A stretch of 29,662 bases of DNA from the IMG/VR virus record IMGVR_UViG_3300046009_005325, positions 1-29,662 of that record. One strand, written 5' to 3'. A model generated the notes under the pieces. It did no database searches, had not been told where the DNA came from, and saw nothing but the letters and a program-made list of their open reading frames with translations. Position 1 is the first letter of the stretch. Every line of letters starts with the position of its first letter. Positions 17,520 to 25,780 of the stretch are shown one piece after another. The position numbers were made by a program, and so were the translations under genes. Source of the stretch: a virus. Taxonomy: Duplodnaviria; Caudoviricetes.

Positions 17520-17941
17520 TGGCATCCGCATACTACGACATCAACGCGCAGCAGCACTCCACGTTTAATTTCCACGTGGAGTATTACGACAACAACGGCA
17601 ATCCTATTGACCTTGTTGGCTACACTGCCCGTCTTCACGTGCGCCCCAACTACGACAGCAGCAAACTGTATCTGGCAATCACAACCAGTGGAGTGACCAC
17701 AGGGGGATCCACAGGTGAGTTCACAGGTAGCGGCGGGGTAAGCGGTAGCGGTGGAATATCGGTGAACAAGGGCGAGACAGGAGCCGTTTTCACTGGCGGC
17801 ATTCTTATCACTGCCGATGCCACAAGCATGGGCTACGTTCGCGCTGGTTCATGGAAGTATTCCATTGACATCACGAAGGGCGTGACCACCGAAGAGTTGA
17901 TGGCAGGGCAATTCGTGGTGGCTCCCAAGACTACCCGATGA
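17519..17941 (+). CDS. Putative virion beta-sandwich protein with a Gly/Thr/Ser-rich insert
   Basis: Q.STF...Y.D.NGNPIDL.GYTARL.VR and terminal Y.I.....L..G.F.V.P..TR pattern typical of phage Ig-like structural proteins; downstream of a late promoter. Confidence 0.55.
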   Translation: MASAYYDINAQQHSTFNFHVEYYDNNGNPIDLVGYTARLHVRPNYDSSKLYLAITTSGVTTGGSTGEFTGSGGVSGSGGISVNKGETGAVFTGGILITADATSMGYVRAGSWKYSIDITKGVTTEELMAGQFVVAPKTTR

Positions 17942-18153
17942 AAATTCTAATAAAGGAATTTTCGTGGTCCCTTAAACCAAAACAGGTTGAAGGCAAGATT
18001 GTGCCCAAGCGGGTGGAGTTTACAGTCAAGCCCAAACCTTCAGGGGTGATCTTACAGAAATACGTGATGTCTTCTGTGTGCAAGCAGGATGCACGATGCG
18101 GTGTGTCCATTCAAAAAATTTCAGACAACAAAATCCTGAAGCAAAACGATTGA
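17938..18153 (+). CDS. Hypothetical basic protein (71 aa)
   Basis: ATGA overlap with the previous gene; fills the gap to the next promoter. Confidence 0.5.
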   Translation: MKILIKEFSWSLKPKQVEGKIVPKRVEFTVKPKPSGVILQKYVMSSVCKQDARCGVSIQKISDNKILKQND

Positions 18154-18177
18154 CATCCTCTTGTTCTGTGCTATCTT
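18150..18177 (+). promoter_or_regulatory. sigma70-like promoter TTGACA-N16-TATCTT with extended -10 TG
   Basis: TTGACA 18150-18155, TG 18169-18170, TATCTT 18172-18177; AAGGAG SD and dut ATG downstream. Confidence 0.65.
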
Positions 18178-18198
18178 CTCCCGCAAGGAGATTTGATC

Positions 18199-18720
18199 AT
18201 GACCCAACCACGAACACTTGGCGTTTACGCCATACCAGGCACAGGGGCTACGCTGCCCCGATTTGCCACAGACGGTTCCGCGTGCTTTGACATCTGCGCA
18301 CGCTTCAGTGACGGCAAGTCCATAACTGCCTACGACAAGAACAACACGCAGAATTTCATCCCGCCAGTGGGAGAGAAGTTCTACTTCTTCGGGGGTATGC
18401 GTGCGCTCATACCCACAGGGCTGATCTTGGACATTCCCGAAGGCTACTCTGTCCGACTCCACGCTCGCAGCGGATTGGCTCTTAAGCAGGGCTTGGTGCT
18501 GACGAACTCCGAGGGCGTGATTGATTCCGACTACACGCAGGAACTGCTTGTGATGATGCACTGCCTGACAAACACAATAGTCACCATCAACAGCGGCGAC
18601 CGCATCTGCCAAGGCGAACTTGTGCGCAATCAACCTACCCGTTTCATTTCCATTCCCACTCCACCCCAACCCAAAACCGACCGCGCTGGCGGCTTCGGCA
18701 GCACAGGAGTAAGCACATGA
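18199..18720 (+). CDS. dut: Trimeric dUTPase
   Basis: Motifs I-V: GSACFDI, ARSGL, GVIDSDY, DRICQ, RAGGFGSTG. Confidence 0.95.
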   Translation: MTQPRTLGVYAIPGTGATLPRFATDGSACFDICARFSDGKSITAYDKNNTQNFIPPVGEKFYFFGGMRALIPTGLILDIPEGYSVRLHARSGLALKQGLVLTNSEGVIDSDYTQELLVMMHCLTNTIVTINSGDRICQGELVRNQPTRFISIPTPPQPKTDRAGGFGSTGVST

Positions 18721-19052
18721 CCCGTGATGATCTACTAAAGTATCACCTTGAACTCTGCACCGCAGCCCGTGACCTGATGAGCCTGAAGAACCGCGACTAC
18801 GCAGGCAACGAGGGGCTTGAGCCGTTCGCGAACTTTACCCGTGTGGAGGCAATGGGCATCTGCAAGACAGAGCAGGGCTTCATGGTGCGCCTCACCGACA
18901 AGATGAGCCGCCTGTCGTCTTTTGTCCGCTCGGGCAAGATGCACATCAAGGACGAGTCGTTCAAGGACACGTGCGTGGATGTGATCAACTACATGGTGCT
19001 GCTTGCTGCTTACCTGAAGGACAAGGAAGAGCAGGGCAAGAGCAACGCATGA
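18717..19052 (+). CDS. DUF1599 / nucleotide-modification-associated domain 1-like helical protein
   Basis: KNRDYA...PFANF, VRLTDKMSRL, DES..DT..D..NY..L. Confidence 0.75.
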   Translation: MTRDDLLKYHLELCTAARDLMSLKNRDYAGNEGLEPFANFTRVEAMGICKTEQGFMVRLTDKMSRLSSFVRSGKMHIKDESFKDTCVDVINYMVLLAAYLKDKEEQGKSNA

Positions 19053-19678
19053 ATCCAAACATCCCGCCCATAGAGTGCTACGTGCGGGGAGAATACCTCC
19101 GCAACCTTGAGGACGGGCACGGCACCACATTCCCGTGCTTGGTGTTCGGGTTCTCGTCCATTCCATCACGGGTTCCCCTGTTCCACTTCCTCATGGAAGA
19201 CGGCGGAATATGGTGGCGTATGCCTCCATCTGCTTTCTGTTGGAAACCTGATGCACCACATATGGAATTGGATGAACTCGTCCTGTGGGACTGCTTCTCG
19301 TATCACGCCACAGTCACGGTGTTCTCTGTGCTGAAGGGCAAGCGGATGGAATACATCTCCCGCCGCAAGCGCAAATACGGTGGGGAGTATCTGTTCACAC
19401 TGGATTGGATGGGTGGTGATCCCAATCTATTGGATACAGGTTTCTCGGAGGAGCCTGGACAGCACAAGTGCGGTCATGTTATAAAATTGGACAACGGCAA
19501 TTTTGCAATTCAGCCAAATAATCGCGTTCTCCTCCATGACCCGTCGTTCACCGTAAAGAGTGGTGGGCTGGTGATACAACGCAAACTCAACTCTCATAAA
19601 TGGAGCGTGGAGTCTTCACCCAAGTGGGTAACAGCGGACACTGATTATTACGATTACGATATTCGTGAAATCAAATAA
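19049..19678 (+). CDS. Conserved hypothetical phage protein (209 aa)
   Basis: NIPPIECYVRGEYL, GGIWWRMP.SAF, LWDCFSY, YLFTLDW, HKCGH.I.LDNGNFA.QPNNR; ATGA coupling. Confidence 0.75.
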   Translation: MNPNIPPIECYVRGEYLRNLEDGHGTTFPCLVFGFSSIPSRVPLFHFLMEDGGIWWRMPPSAFCWKPDAPHMELDELVLWDCFSYHATVTVFSVLKGKRMEYISRRKRKYGGEYLFTLDWMGGDPNLLDTGFSEEPGQHKCGHVIKLDNGNFAIQPNNRVLLHDPSFTVKSGGLVIQRKLNSHKWSVESSPKWVTADTDYYDYDIREIK

Positions 19679-19688
19679 AGATTTGGTC

Positions 19689-19716
19689 TTGACATGAACG
19701 CCCCATCTGCTACCCT
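19689..19716 (+). promoter_or_regulatory. sigma70-like promoter TTGACA-N16-TACCCT with extended -10 TG; predicted leaderless uvsE mRNA
   Basis: TTGACA 19689-19694, TG 19708-19709, TACCCT 19711-19716; ATG 19723 follows 6 nt later with no SD. Confidence 0.6.
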
Positions 19717-19722
19717 TTGGTC

Positions 19723-20652
19723 ATGATCCGACACCTTGGTTACGCTTGTCAGAACCTGTCCCTTGCGCAAACCCGCAAGCCCAAGGACAGGCTTTTCACA
19801 GACCGAACCCTGCGCATGGATCGGTTCTCGTTGGAGAGGGTAGGAGAACTCGGTGAGCGCAATGCTGCCGATCTCCTACCCATTCTCCAATGGAACGTCG
19901 CGAACGGCATACGGTTCTTCCGCATCGGCAGCGGGATGTTTCCGTTCATGGATCACCCTGACTTGGGGTATTCGGTTGGTGAACTGCGGACAGAACACGC
20001 CGATGCCATCCGCGCACACCTGAAGGGTGCAGGCGAATACGCAAAGGCACACGGGTTGCGCCTGTCGTGCCATCCGGGTCCGTATACGTGCATTGCGTCA
20101 CCCAACACCGACACAGTGGACAAGAGCGTGAAGTGCTTGGAGATGCACTCGCTTATTGCCGACCTGTTGGGCTACGGCGACGAGTTTGCCATCAACATCC
20201 ACATGGGTGGCGTATACGGTGAGAAGGAGCGGACAGCAGATCGCTTTGTCCGTAACTTCTTCAACCTTTCTGAACCTGTGCGCGGTCGGCTCACACTTGA
20301 GAACGACGACAAGGCTTCCATGTGGAGCATGACCGAACTGTATGAATCGGTTGCAGCGCATTGCCCTGTGAAACTGGTGTTGGACATTCACCACCACCGT
20401 TTCTGCAACCGCGAAACGCTGCGCGAAGCGGCAGAGATGGCATTCAGCACATGGGAGGGCTTCTGCGAGATTCCGAAGGTTCACTACTCGGAGTCCAAGC
20501 CTGGTCCGCGACCGCAAGCCCATTCAGACTACGTTAGAGGGGAGATACCTGTGCTGTCGGATACAGTGCAGTATGATGTCATGCTTGAAGCCAAGTGCAA
20601 GGACTTGGCACTTTTGGAATACAGAAAGGCGCATCTACCGTGTTTGGTGTAA
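19723..20652 (+). CDS. uvsE: UV damage endonuclease UvsE/UvdE
   Basis: LGYAC, FFRIGS, RLSCHPGPY, NIHMGGVYG, LENDDK, DIHHH, HYSES, AHSDY, EAKCKD. Confidence 0.93.
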   Translation: MIRHLGYACQNLSLAQTRKPKDRLFTDRTLRMDRFSLERVGELGERNAADLLPILQWNVANGIRFFRIGSGMFPFMDHPDLGYSVGELRTEHADAIRAHLKGAGEYAKAHGLRLSCHPGPYTCIASPNTDTVDKSVKCLEMHSLIADLLGYGDEFAINIHMGGVYGEKERTADRFVRNFFNLSEPVRGRLTLENDDKASMWSMTELYESVAAHCPVKLVLDIHHHRFCNRETLREAAEMAFSTWEGFCEIPKVHYSESKPGPRPQAHSDYVRGEIPVLSDTVQYDVMLEAKCKDLALLEYRKAHLPCLV

Positions 20653-21023
20653 TTCTCTCTACCGTTATCGCGTTTGCTCCCCCGTCCTTTGACACCCGCC
20701 CCCTACTGAATGCAATGTATCAGGTTGAGTCAAGTGGCGGAAAGGTGTTGGTTGGTGATGGCGGCAAGGCAATCGGACCCTACCAGATTTGGGAAGCCTA
20801 TTGGCGGGACGCTGTGCAGCACGATCCGTCCATTGGTGGCGTGTACGCGGACTGCATGGGCAAGGAGTATTCGGAGCGGGTGATTCGTGCGTATTGGTCG
20901 CGCTACGCCCCGAAGGGTGCGACTGCGGAGCAGTTGGCACGAATTCATAACGGCGGTCCCGCTGGTCATAAGCGTAGTTCTACTGTAAAGTATTGGAAGA
21001 AGATTATAAAGGAAATCAAATGA
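20640..21023 (+). CDS. Lysozyme-fold muramidase resembling i-type lysozyme/destabilase, with hydrophobic N-terminus
   Basis: QVESSG, GDGG..GPYQI...YW.DA, AYW.RY, ARIHNGGP.G, T.KYW.K; GTG 20640 with a GAAAGG SD-like element. Confidence 0.8.
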   Translation: MFGVILSTVIAFAPPSFDTRPLLNAMYQVESSGGKVLVGDGGKAIGPYQIWEAYWRDAVQHDPSIGGVYADCMGKEYSERVIRAYWSRYAPKGATAEQLARIHNGGPAGHKRSSTVKYWKKIIKEIK

Positions 21024-21625
21024 ACAACAATAAAGTAAAAATTCGTCCATCAGATTTGTCTGTTGGTTTGGGATTGGTATATTCTAACAACATTGACTCT
21101 CCTGCTAGATTGGAAAACAAAAAGGAAGTAAAAGAAGGACATATGTTGGCTGTTAAACATCTTTCACTCCAATTGGTTTTTAAGTTTAAGGACATTTACC
21201 AAATTCCTGAACTTGGAAAAAGGGAGATGCTGATGGAGTGGTGGGCATATCCCGATAGTGAACTCATGTACGAATTCTTGCTCATTACGGATGAAAACGC
21301 ACAACGTAAAATGCAAGCATTTATTTTTGATGAAGTAAAGGAAACTGTGGAGCAGCAATTGTTAGCAATAAAAAATGACTTGCGAGAATCTCTAAAAGGA
21401 CTGAACCCAAATATAGAACCACGCATTGCATTTCTTGCTTTAGATAAATTGCAGAATATAGAATTTGATATTCAATATGCTGCTGAAAAACTCAATCAGA
21501 GTGCAGTTAGAAAGATTTTTCAATTTAGAAATCGGTATCCTAAAGACAGTGAACGTGCGTTCAATGTTGCAAAAGAATACTTGGACACTCTAGACGAAAC
21601 AGATAGTGATAATTACTTTCCATAA
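21020..21625 (+). CDS. Hypothetical AT-rich protein (~201 aa)
   Basis: Open ORF coupled by ATGA overlap, AAGGA SD; no motif recognised. Confidence 0.65.
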   Translation: MNNNKVKIRPSDLSVGLGLVYSNNIDSPARLENKKEVKEGHMLAVKHLSLQLVFKFKDIYQIPELGKREMLMEWWAYPDSELMYEFLLITDENAQRKMQAFIFDEVKETVEQQLLAIKNDLRESLKGLNPNIEPRIAFLALDKLQNIEFDIQYAAEKLNQSAVRKIFQFRNRYPKDSERAFNVAKEYLDTLDETDSDNYFP

Positions 21626-21641
21626 TAGAGATGATACTGTC

Positions 21642-22502
21642 ATGACCACACACCGCATCATCACAGGCGACTGCATTACAGGCATGAACTCCCTACCCGA
21701 ATGCAGCGTTCACACGTGCATCACATCTCCTCCGTATTTCGGCTTGCGAGCATACGGCGGCGGTGACGCAGAGATCGGGCAAGAGGAAACAGTTGACGGC
21801 TATGTGAACAAGATGACTGAAGTGTTCCGTGCGGTTCGGCGGATCCTGCGGGACGACGGAACAGTATGGCTCAATCTTGGTGACTCATACATGGCAGCGA
21901 AAAACGTTACGCCCCCACCACAAACCATTGGTGGTCAACGAGGAATGCCTTCCGATTTCGTGCCGCCCAACCGTAGGGATCAGCGCGGCTTGAAGGGCAA
22001 AGACCTTATCGGTATCCCGTGGCGCGTGGCACTTGCACTACAGGCAGACGGGTGGTATCTGCGGCAGGACATCATCTGGCACAAGCCCAACCCCATGCCT
22101 GAAAGCGTAGAGGACCGCTGCACACGGGCACACGAATACATCTTCCTGCTGTCCAAGAAGCCCCGCTACTACTATGACCATGAGGCTGTCAAGGAGACAA
22201 CAGTAGATGCCACCGAGCGTAAGAATAAGCGTTCGGTGTGGACGGTGAACACGCGTGGCTACAAGGGCGCGCACTTTGCGGTGTATCCTGAAGACCTCAT
22301 CACGCCGTGCGTGCTTGCAGGGTGTCCTGTGGGCGGCACGGTGTTTGATCCGTTCACAGGAAGCGGCACAACTGCTGTGGTTGCGCTGAAGCACGGGCGC
22401 AACTACATCGGTACCGAACTCAATCCTGAATATGTAAAGATTGCGGAGGATCGTATACGAGAATCCCTGCCGTCCACGCTTGATGAAATTCTAAAAGGAT
22501 AG
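21642..22502 (+). CDS. Amino (N4-C/N6-A) DNA methyltransferase, beta class
   Basis: TSPPY catalytic motif precedes the DPFTGSGTT SAM motif; IIWHKPNPMPES, HFAVYPE. Confidence 0.93.
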   Translation: MTTHRIITGDCITGMNSLPECSVHTCITSPPYFGLRAYGGGDAEIGQEETVDGYVNKMTEVFRAVRRILRDDGTVWLNLGDSYMAAKNVTPPPQTIGGQRGMPSDFVPPNRRDQRGLKGKDLIGIPWRVALALQADGWYLRQDIIWHKPNPMPESVEDRCTRAHEYIFLLSKKPRYYYDHEAVKETTVDATERKNKRSVWTVNTRGYKGAHFAVYPEDLITPCVLAGCPVGGTVFDPFTGSGTTAVVALKHGRNYIGTELNPEYVKIAEDRIRESLPSTLDEILKG

Positions 22503-22568
22503 ACTAACAGGTGCTGCCAGGACTTGAAACAACACCCCTCATAGAGACAGCGGAAGGATGAAGCGAGA

Positions 22569-23180
22569 TTGATATCCGAACAACTGAAAACCTTTCTGTT
22601 GGACAGGGCATTGGGAAATCCTTCATTGGCTCTTGATCCTGTATCGGAAGAACTGTTCAAGATGTACATCTCCGATCCCAACTCGTCCACAATCAGAGAG
22701 GCAATCAGCGTATTGATTGCTGGATACGATCCCCTTTACGGAAAGCACGGCAGGGATGCGATTGATCCTGTCAACGGCAAGAGCAAGGAAGCCAAGCCAA
22801 AGTCATATACGGGCAAGCCCACGAACGGCAGCGGGTGCTTCAACGACTACACCCGATCCCGATTGGAAAAGGACATCGCAGACGGGTTAGACTTGGTGCA
22901 TTCTTTTTTCATTGGGGAGAGGGTGGCGTATGTGGTTGAATTTAACATATCCGCAGTAAGCCCGAAATTGGAAAAGCAAATAGTCCTCAACTGCGAGCAG
23001 AGAGGGTTTCAATATGTGCGCAGTGCGTCGTGGACATATTTGGATTGGATTCATCACCCATCAATGCGCATTCATTATATTGATTGGAAAGTGATTGACT
23101 CTACCCCTCGGTGCATCAATCGTAATATGTACAAATCTTTTATGGGAAGACGCATGATGGAGTTGACCGGTGATAGGTAG
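22569..23180 (+). CDS. Putative PD-(D/E)xK restriction-endonuclease-like nuclease
   Basis: IRE helix followed by KHGRDA.D....KEAKPK (D..ExK); immediately downstream of the MTase. TTG start is uncertain. Confidence 0.55.
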   Translation: MISEQLKTFLLDRALGNPSLALDPVSEELFKMYISDPNSSTIREAISVLIAGYDPLYGKHGRDAIDPVNGKSKEAKPKSYTGKPTNGSGCFNDYTRSRLEKDIADGLDLVHSFFIGERVAYVVEFNISAVSPKLEKQIVLNCEQRGFQYVRSASWTYLDWIHHPSMRIHYIDWKVIDSTPRCINRNMYKSFMGRRMMELTGDR

Positions 23181-23200
23181 TTGTAGTAGAATGGAACACA

Positions 23201-25723
23201 ATGGACTTCTACACACACGTTGACATTCGCGGCAACTCCATCCTGTATCGTGGATGGCGGAACGGGCAGCGTGTCCACCAACGCGTTCCGTTCTCGCCCA
23301 CCCTCTACATTCCTGGGAATGTGGACAGCGGAGACACAGGGTTGCGCACCATTCACGGGCATCCAGTGGAGTCCATAGAGTTTGGTGACATCAACGAAGC
23401 ACGGGAGTTTGTGGACCAATTCAAGGATGTGAGCAACTACGCGGTGTTCGGAAACACCAACTACGTGTACCAGTATCTGTACAAGGAGTTTCCGCATGAG
23501 GTGGACTACGACTTCTCCCGCCTGAAGGTTGCCACCATTGACATTGAGACTTCCTGCGAGGGTGGTTTCCCGTCCATAGAGTCGCCCGACGAGAAGATCA
23601 TTGCCATCACCGTGATGATGGACGGCAAGACCTATGTGTTTGGCTTGGGGGAGTTCACGCTTGAGGGTGATGGTGTAATAGCGGTGTCGTATGATGACGA
23701 GCGGGAACTGCTGTCCGCGTTCGTTGACACGTGGAAGCACCTTGATCCCGACATCGTGACGGGATGGAACGTGCGATTTTTTGACATTCCGTATATGGTT
23801 GCGCGAATGGAGCGGTTGGAGGAGGGGTGGAGTTCCTCCCTGTCGCCGTGGGGTCGCTTGCGGCAGAGCGTCGTGAACCGCATGGGTCGGGATCAGACGG
23901 TGCATACCATCAGCGGATTGGCAGTGCTTGACTACCTTGAACTGTATCAGAAGTTCACCTACGTAAAGCAGGAGTCGTATTCCCTCAACCATATTTCCAA
24001 GGTGGAGTTGGGCGAGGAGAAACTGTCGTATGCGGAATACGAAACCATTCAGGAGTTCTACACGCAGGACTTTCAGAAGTTCGTGGAATACAACGTTCAG
24101 GACGTTGCCCTTGTGCAGAAGTTGGAGAGCAAACTCAAACTGATGGAATTGGCAGCAGCACTTGCGTATTCCGCACGGGTGAACTTTGAGGATGTGTTTT
24201 CTCAGGTGCGGACATGGGATGCCATCATTCATCACCACCTGTTGAGCAAGGGGATCGTGATTCCCCGCAAGGAGGAAGCGGAGAAGGAAGACCAATACGC
24301 AGGCGCGTTCGTGAAGGAGCCGCTGGTGGGCAAGCACGATTGGGTAGTGTCGTTTGACCTCAACTCGCTGTATCCGCACCTCATCATGCAATACAACATC
24401 TCCCCTGACACGAAGGGAAACTTTACACGTGGAAGCCTCACACCCGATGCGGTGCTGCGGGGTGATCCGTCTGTGGAGCGGTTGGTGGAGGCAGCACGGG
24501 AAACTGATTCGTGCCTTGCCGCAAACGGTGTGGGCTTCACGCGACGGGTGCGGGGCTTCCTCCCTGAACTGATGGACTCCATGTATGCAGAGCGCAAGCG
24601 GTTCAAGGAATTGATGATTGACGCGCAGCGGCGGTTGGAAGGCTTGGACAAGAGCGCACCCCTCCACGAACGGCGCAAGATTGAATACGAGATTTCCAAA
24701 TACAAGAACTTCCAACTGGTCCGCAAGATTCAGTTGAACTCCGCTTACGGCGCAATCGGCAACGAGTATTTCCGATTCTTTGACGTTGATCTTGCGGAAG
24801 CCATTACCCTGTCGGGGCAGTTGAGCATCCAATGGATAGGCGAATCCCTCAACCGCTTCCTGAACAAGATATTGGGAAGCAGCGGCGAGGACTATGTGAT
24901 CGCATCAGACACCGACTCCGTGTATCTCCGCTTGGGTGGTGTGGCAGCGCGGTGCAAGTCCCCCGACAAGGGCAAGATCGTTGATTTCCTTGACGGGTTC
25001 TGCAACGAGGTGCTGCAACCGTTCATCAACAAGGAGTTTGAACGCTTGGCACAGATCCTAAACGCATACGAGAACCGCATGGTGATGGGTCGCGAAGTGA
25101 TTGCGGAGAAGGGCGTGTGGACTGCGAAGAAGCGGTATATGCTTGCGGTATGGGATTCCGAAGGTGTCCGCTACAAGTCTCCAAAGTTCAAGATCATGGG
25201 CATTGAGACTGCCCGCTCGTCCACTCCTGCGTATGTGCGCAAGGCACTGAAGGCAGCGGTGGAGACTGCGCTGCTCCGCGACGAGTCCGCGCTCCACGAC
25301 TTGGTGAAGGCAACAGAGAGCGAGTTCAAGAAGTTGCCTGTGGAAGAGGTTGCGTTCCCAAGATCCGTTTCCAAGATGGGCGACTACGCAAACGAGGGAT
25401 CGGTGTACCGCAAGTCAACACCCATCGCGGTGAAGAGTGCGCTACTGCACAATCATCTCCTGAAGACGCACAAGTTGACGCGCAAGTACCGTGCGATTGG
25501 CGAGGGCGAGAAGATGAAGTTCGTGTACCTTAAGATTCCCAATCCCATTCACGAATCAGTGATCGGATTCACCACAACGCTTCCAAAGGAGTTCGGCATT
25601 CACAAATACGTGGATTACGATATGCAGTTTGACAAGGCATTTCTTGAACCGCTGCGCTCCATCACAACCGCAATCGGTTGGACACCACAACCCCAAAGCA
25701 CACTTGAATCGCTATTTGGATAG
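23201..25723 (+). CDS. gp43: Family B DNA polymerase, uninterrupted
   Basis: Exo I DIET, GWNVRFFDIPY, YNVQDV; pol motifs SFDLNSLYP, KIQLNSAYG, SDTDS, KKRY; C-terminal clamp-binding tail STLESLFG. Confidence 0.97.
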   Translation: MDFYTHVDIRGNSILYRGWRNGQRVHQRVPFSPTLYIPGNVDSGDTGLRTIHGHPVESIEFGDINEAREFVDQFKDVSNYAVFGNTNYVYQYLYKEFPHEVDYDFSRLKVATIDIETSCEGGFPSIESPDEKIIAITVMMDGKTYVFGLGEFTLEGDGVIAVSYDDERELLSAFVDTWKHLDPDIVTGWNVRFFDIPYMVARMERLEEGWSSSLSPWGRLRQSVVNRMGRDQTVHTISGLAVLDYLELYQKFTYVKQESYSLNHISKVELGEEKLSYAEYETIQEFYTQDFQKFVEYNVQDVALVQKLESKLKLMELAAALAYSARVNFEDVFSQVRTWDAIIHHHLLSKGIVIPRKEEAEKEDQYAGAFVKEPLVGKHDWVVSFDLNSLYPHLIMQYNISPDTKGNFTRGSLTPDAVLRGDPSVERLVEAARETDSCLAANGVGFTRRVRGFLPELMDSMYAERKRFKELMIDAQRRLEGLDKSAPLHERRKIEYEISKYKNFQLVRKIQLNSAYGAIGNEYFRFFDVDLAEAITLSGQLSIQWIGESLNRFLNKILGSSGEDYVIASDTDSVYLRLGGVAARCKSPDKGKIVDFLDGFCNEVLQPFINKEFERLAQILNAYENRMVMGREVIAEKGVWTAKKRYMLAVWDSEGVRYKSPKFKIMGIETARSSTPAYVRKALKAAVETALLRDESALHDLVKATESEFKKLPVEEVAFPRSVSKMGDYANEGSVYRKSTPIAVKSALLHNHLLKTHKLTRKYRAIGEGEKMKFVYLKIPNPIHESVIGFTTTLPKEFGIHKYVDYDMQFDKAFLEPLRSITTAIGWTPQPQSTLESLFG

Positions 25724-25744
25724 TCCAAAACGCCGTATGTGCGA

Positions 25745-25751
25745 CTACATA
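25745..25751 (+). promoter_or_regulatory. Late-promoter-like CTACATA
   Basis: Intergenic, ~30 nt upstream of ATG 25781; same TACATA variant as upstream of the homing endonuclease. Confidence 0.35.
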
Positions 25752-25780
25752 CACAGTAACCCCCTACAGAAAGGTTTGTC

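Noticed and set aside
22500-22571. MTase and nuclease ORFs are in the same frame separated only by two TAG codons, suggesting TAG recoding or a read-through fusion
   Set aside because: All core genes are intact under the standard code, TAG ends gp43 at its canonical C-terminus, and same-frame adjacency has a 1-in-3 chance.
23075-24832. 585-aa minus-strand ORF, and similar long antisense ORFs at 52-675, 2003-2812, 16216-17196 and 26354-27124
   Set aside because: They lie antisense to well-supported genes, show no motifs, and are the expected shadow of G/C-ending codon bias.
23201-25723. Possible intron, intein or split in gp43 (also checked gp41, uvsX, gp44)
   Set aside because: Lengths and motif spacing are normal; no intein or homing-endonuclease insertion seen.
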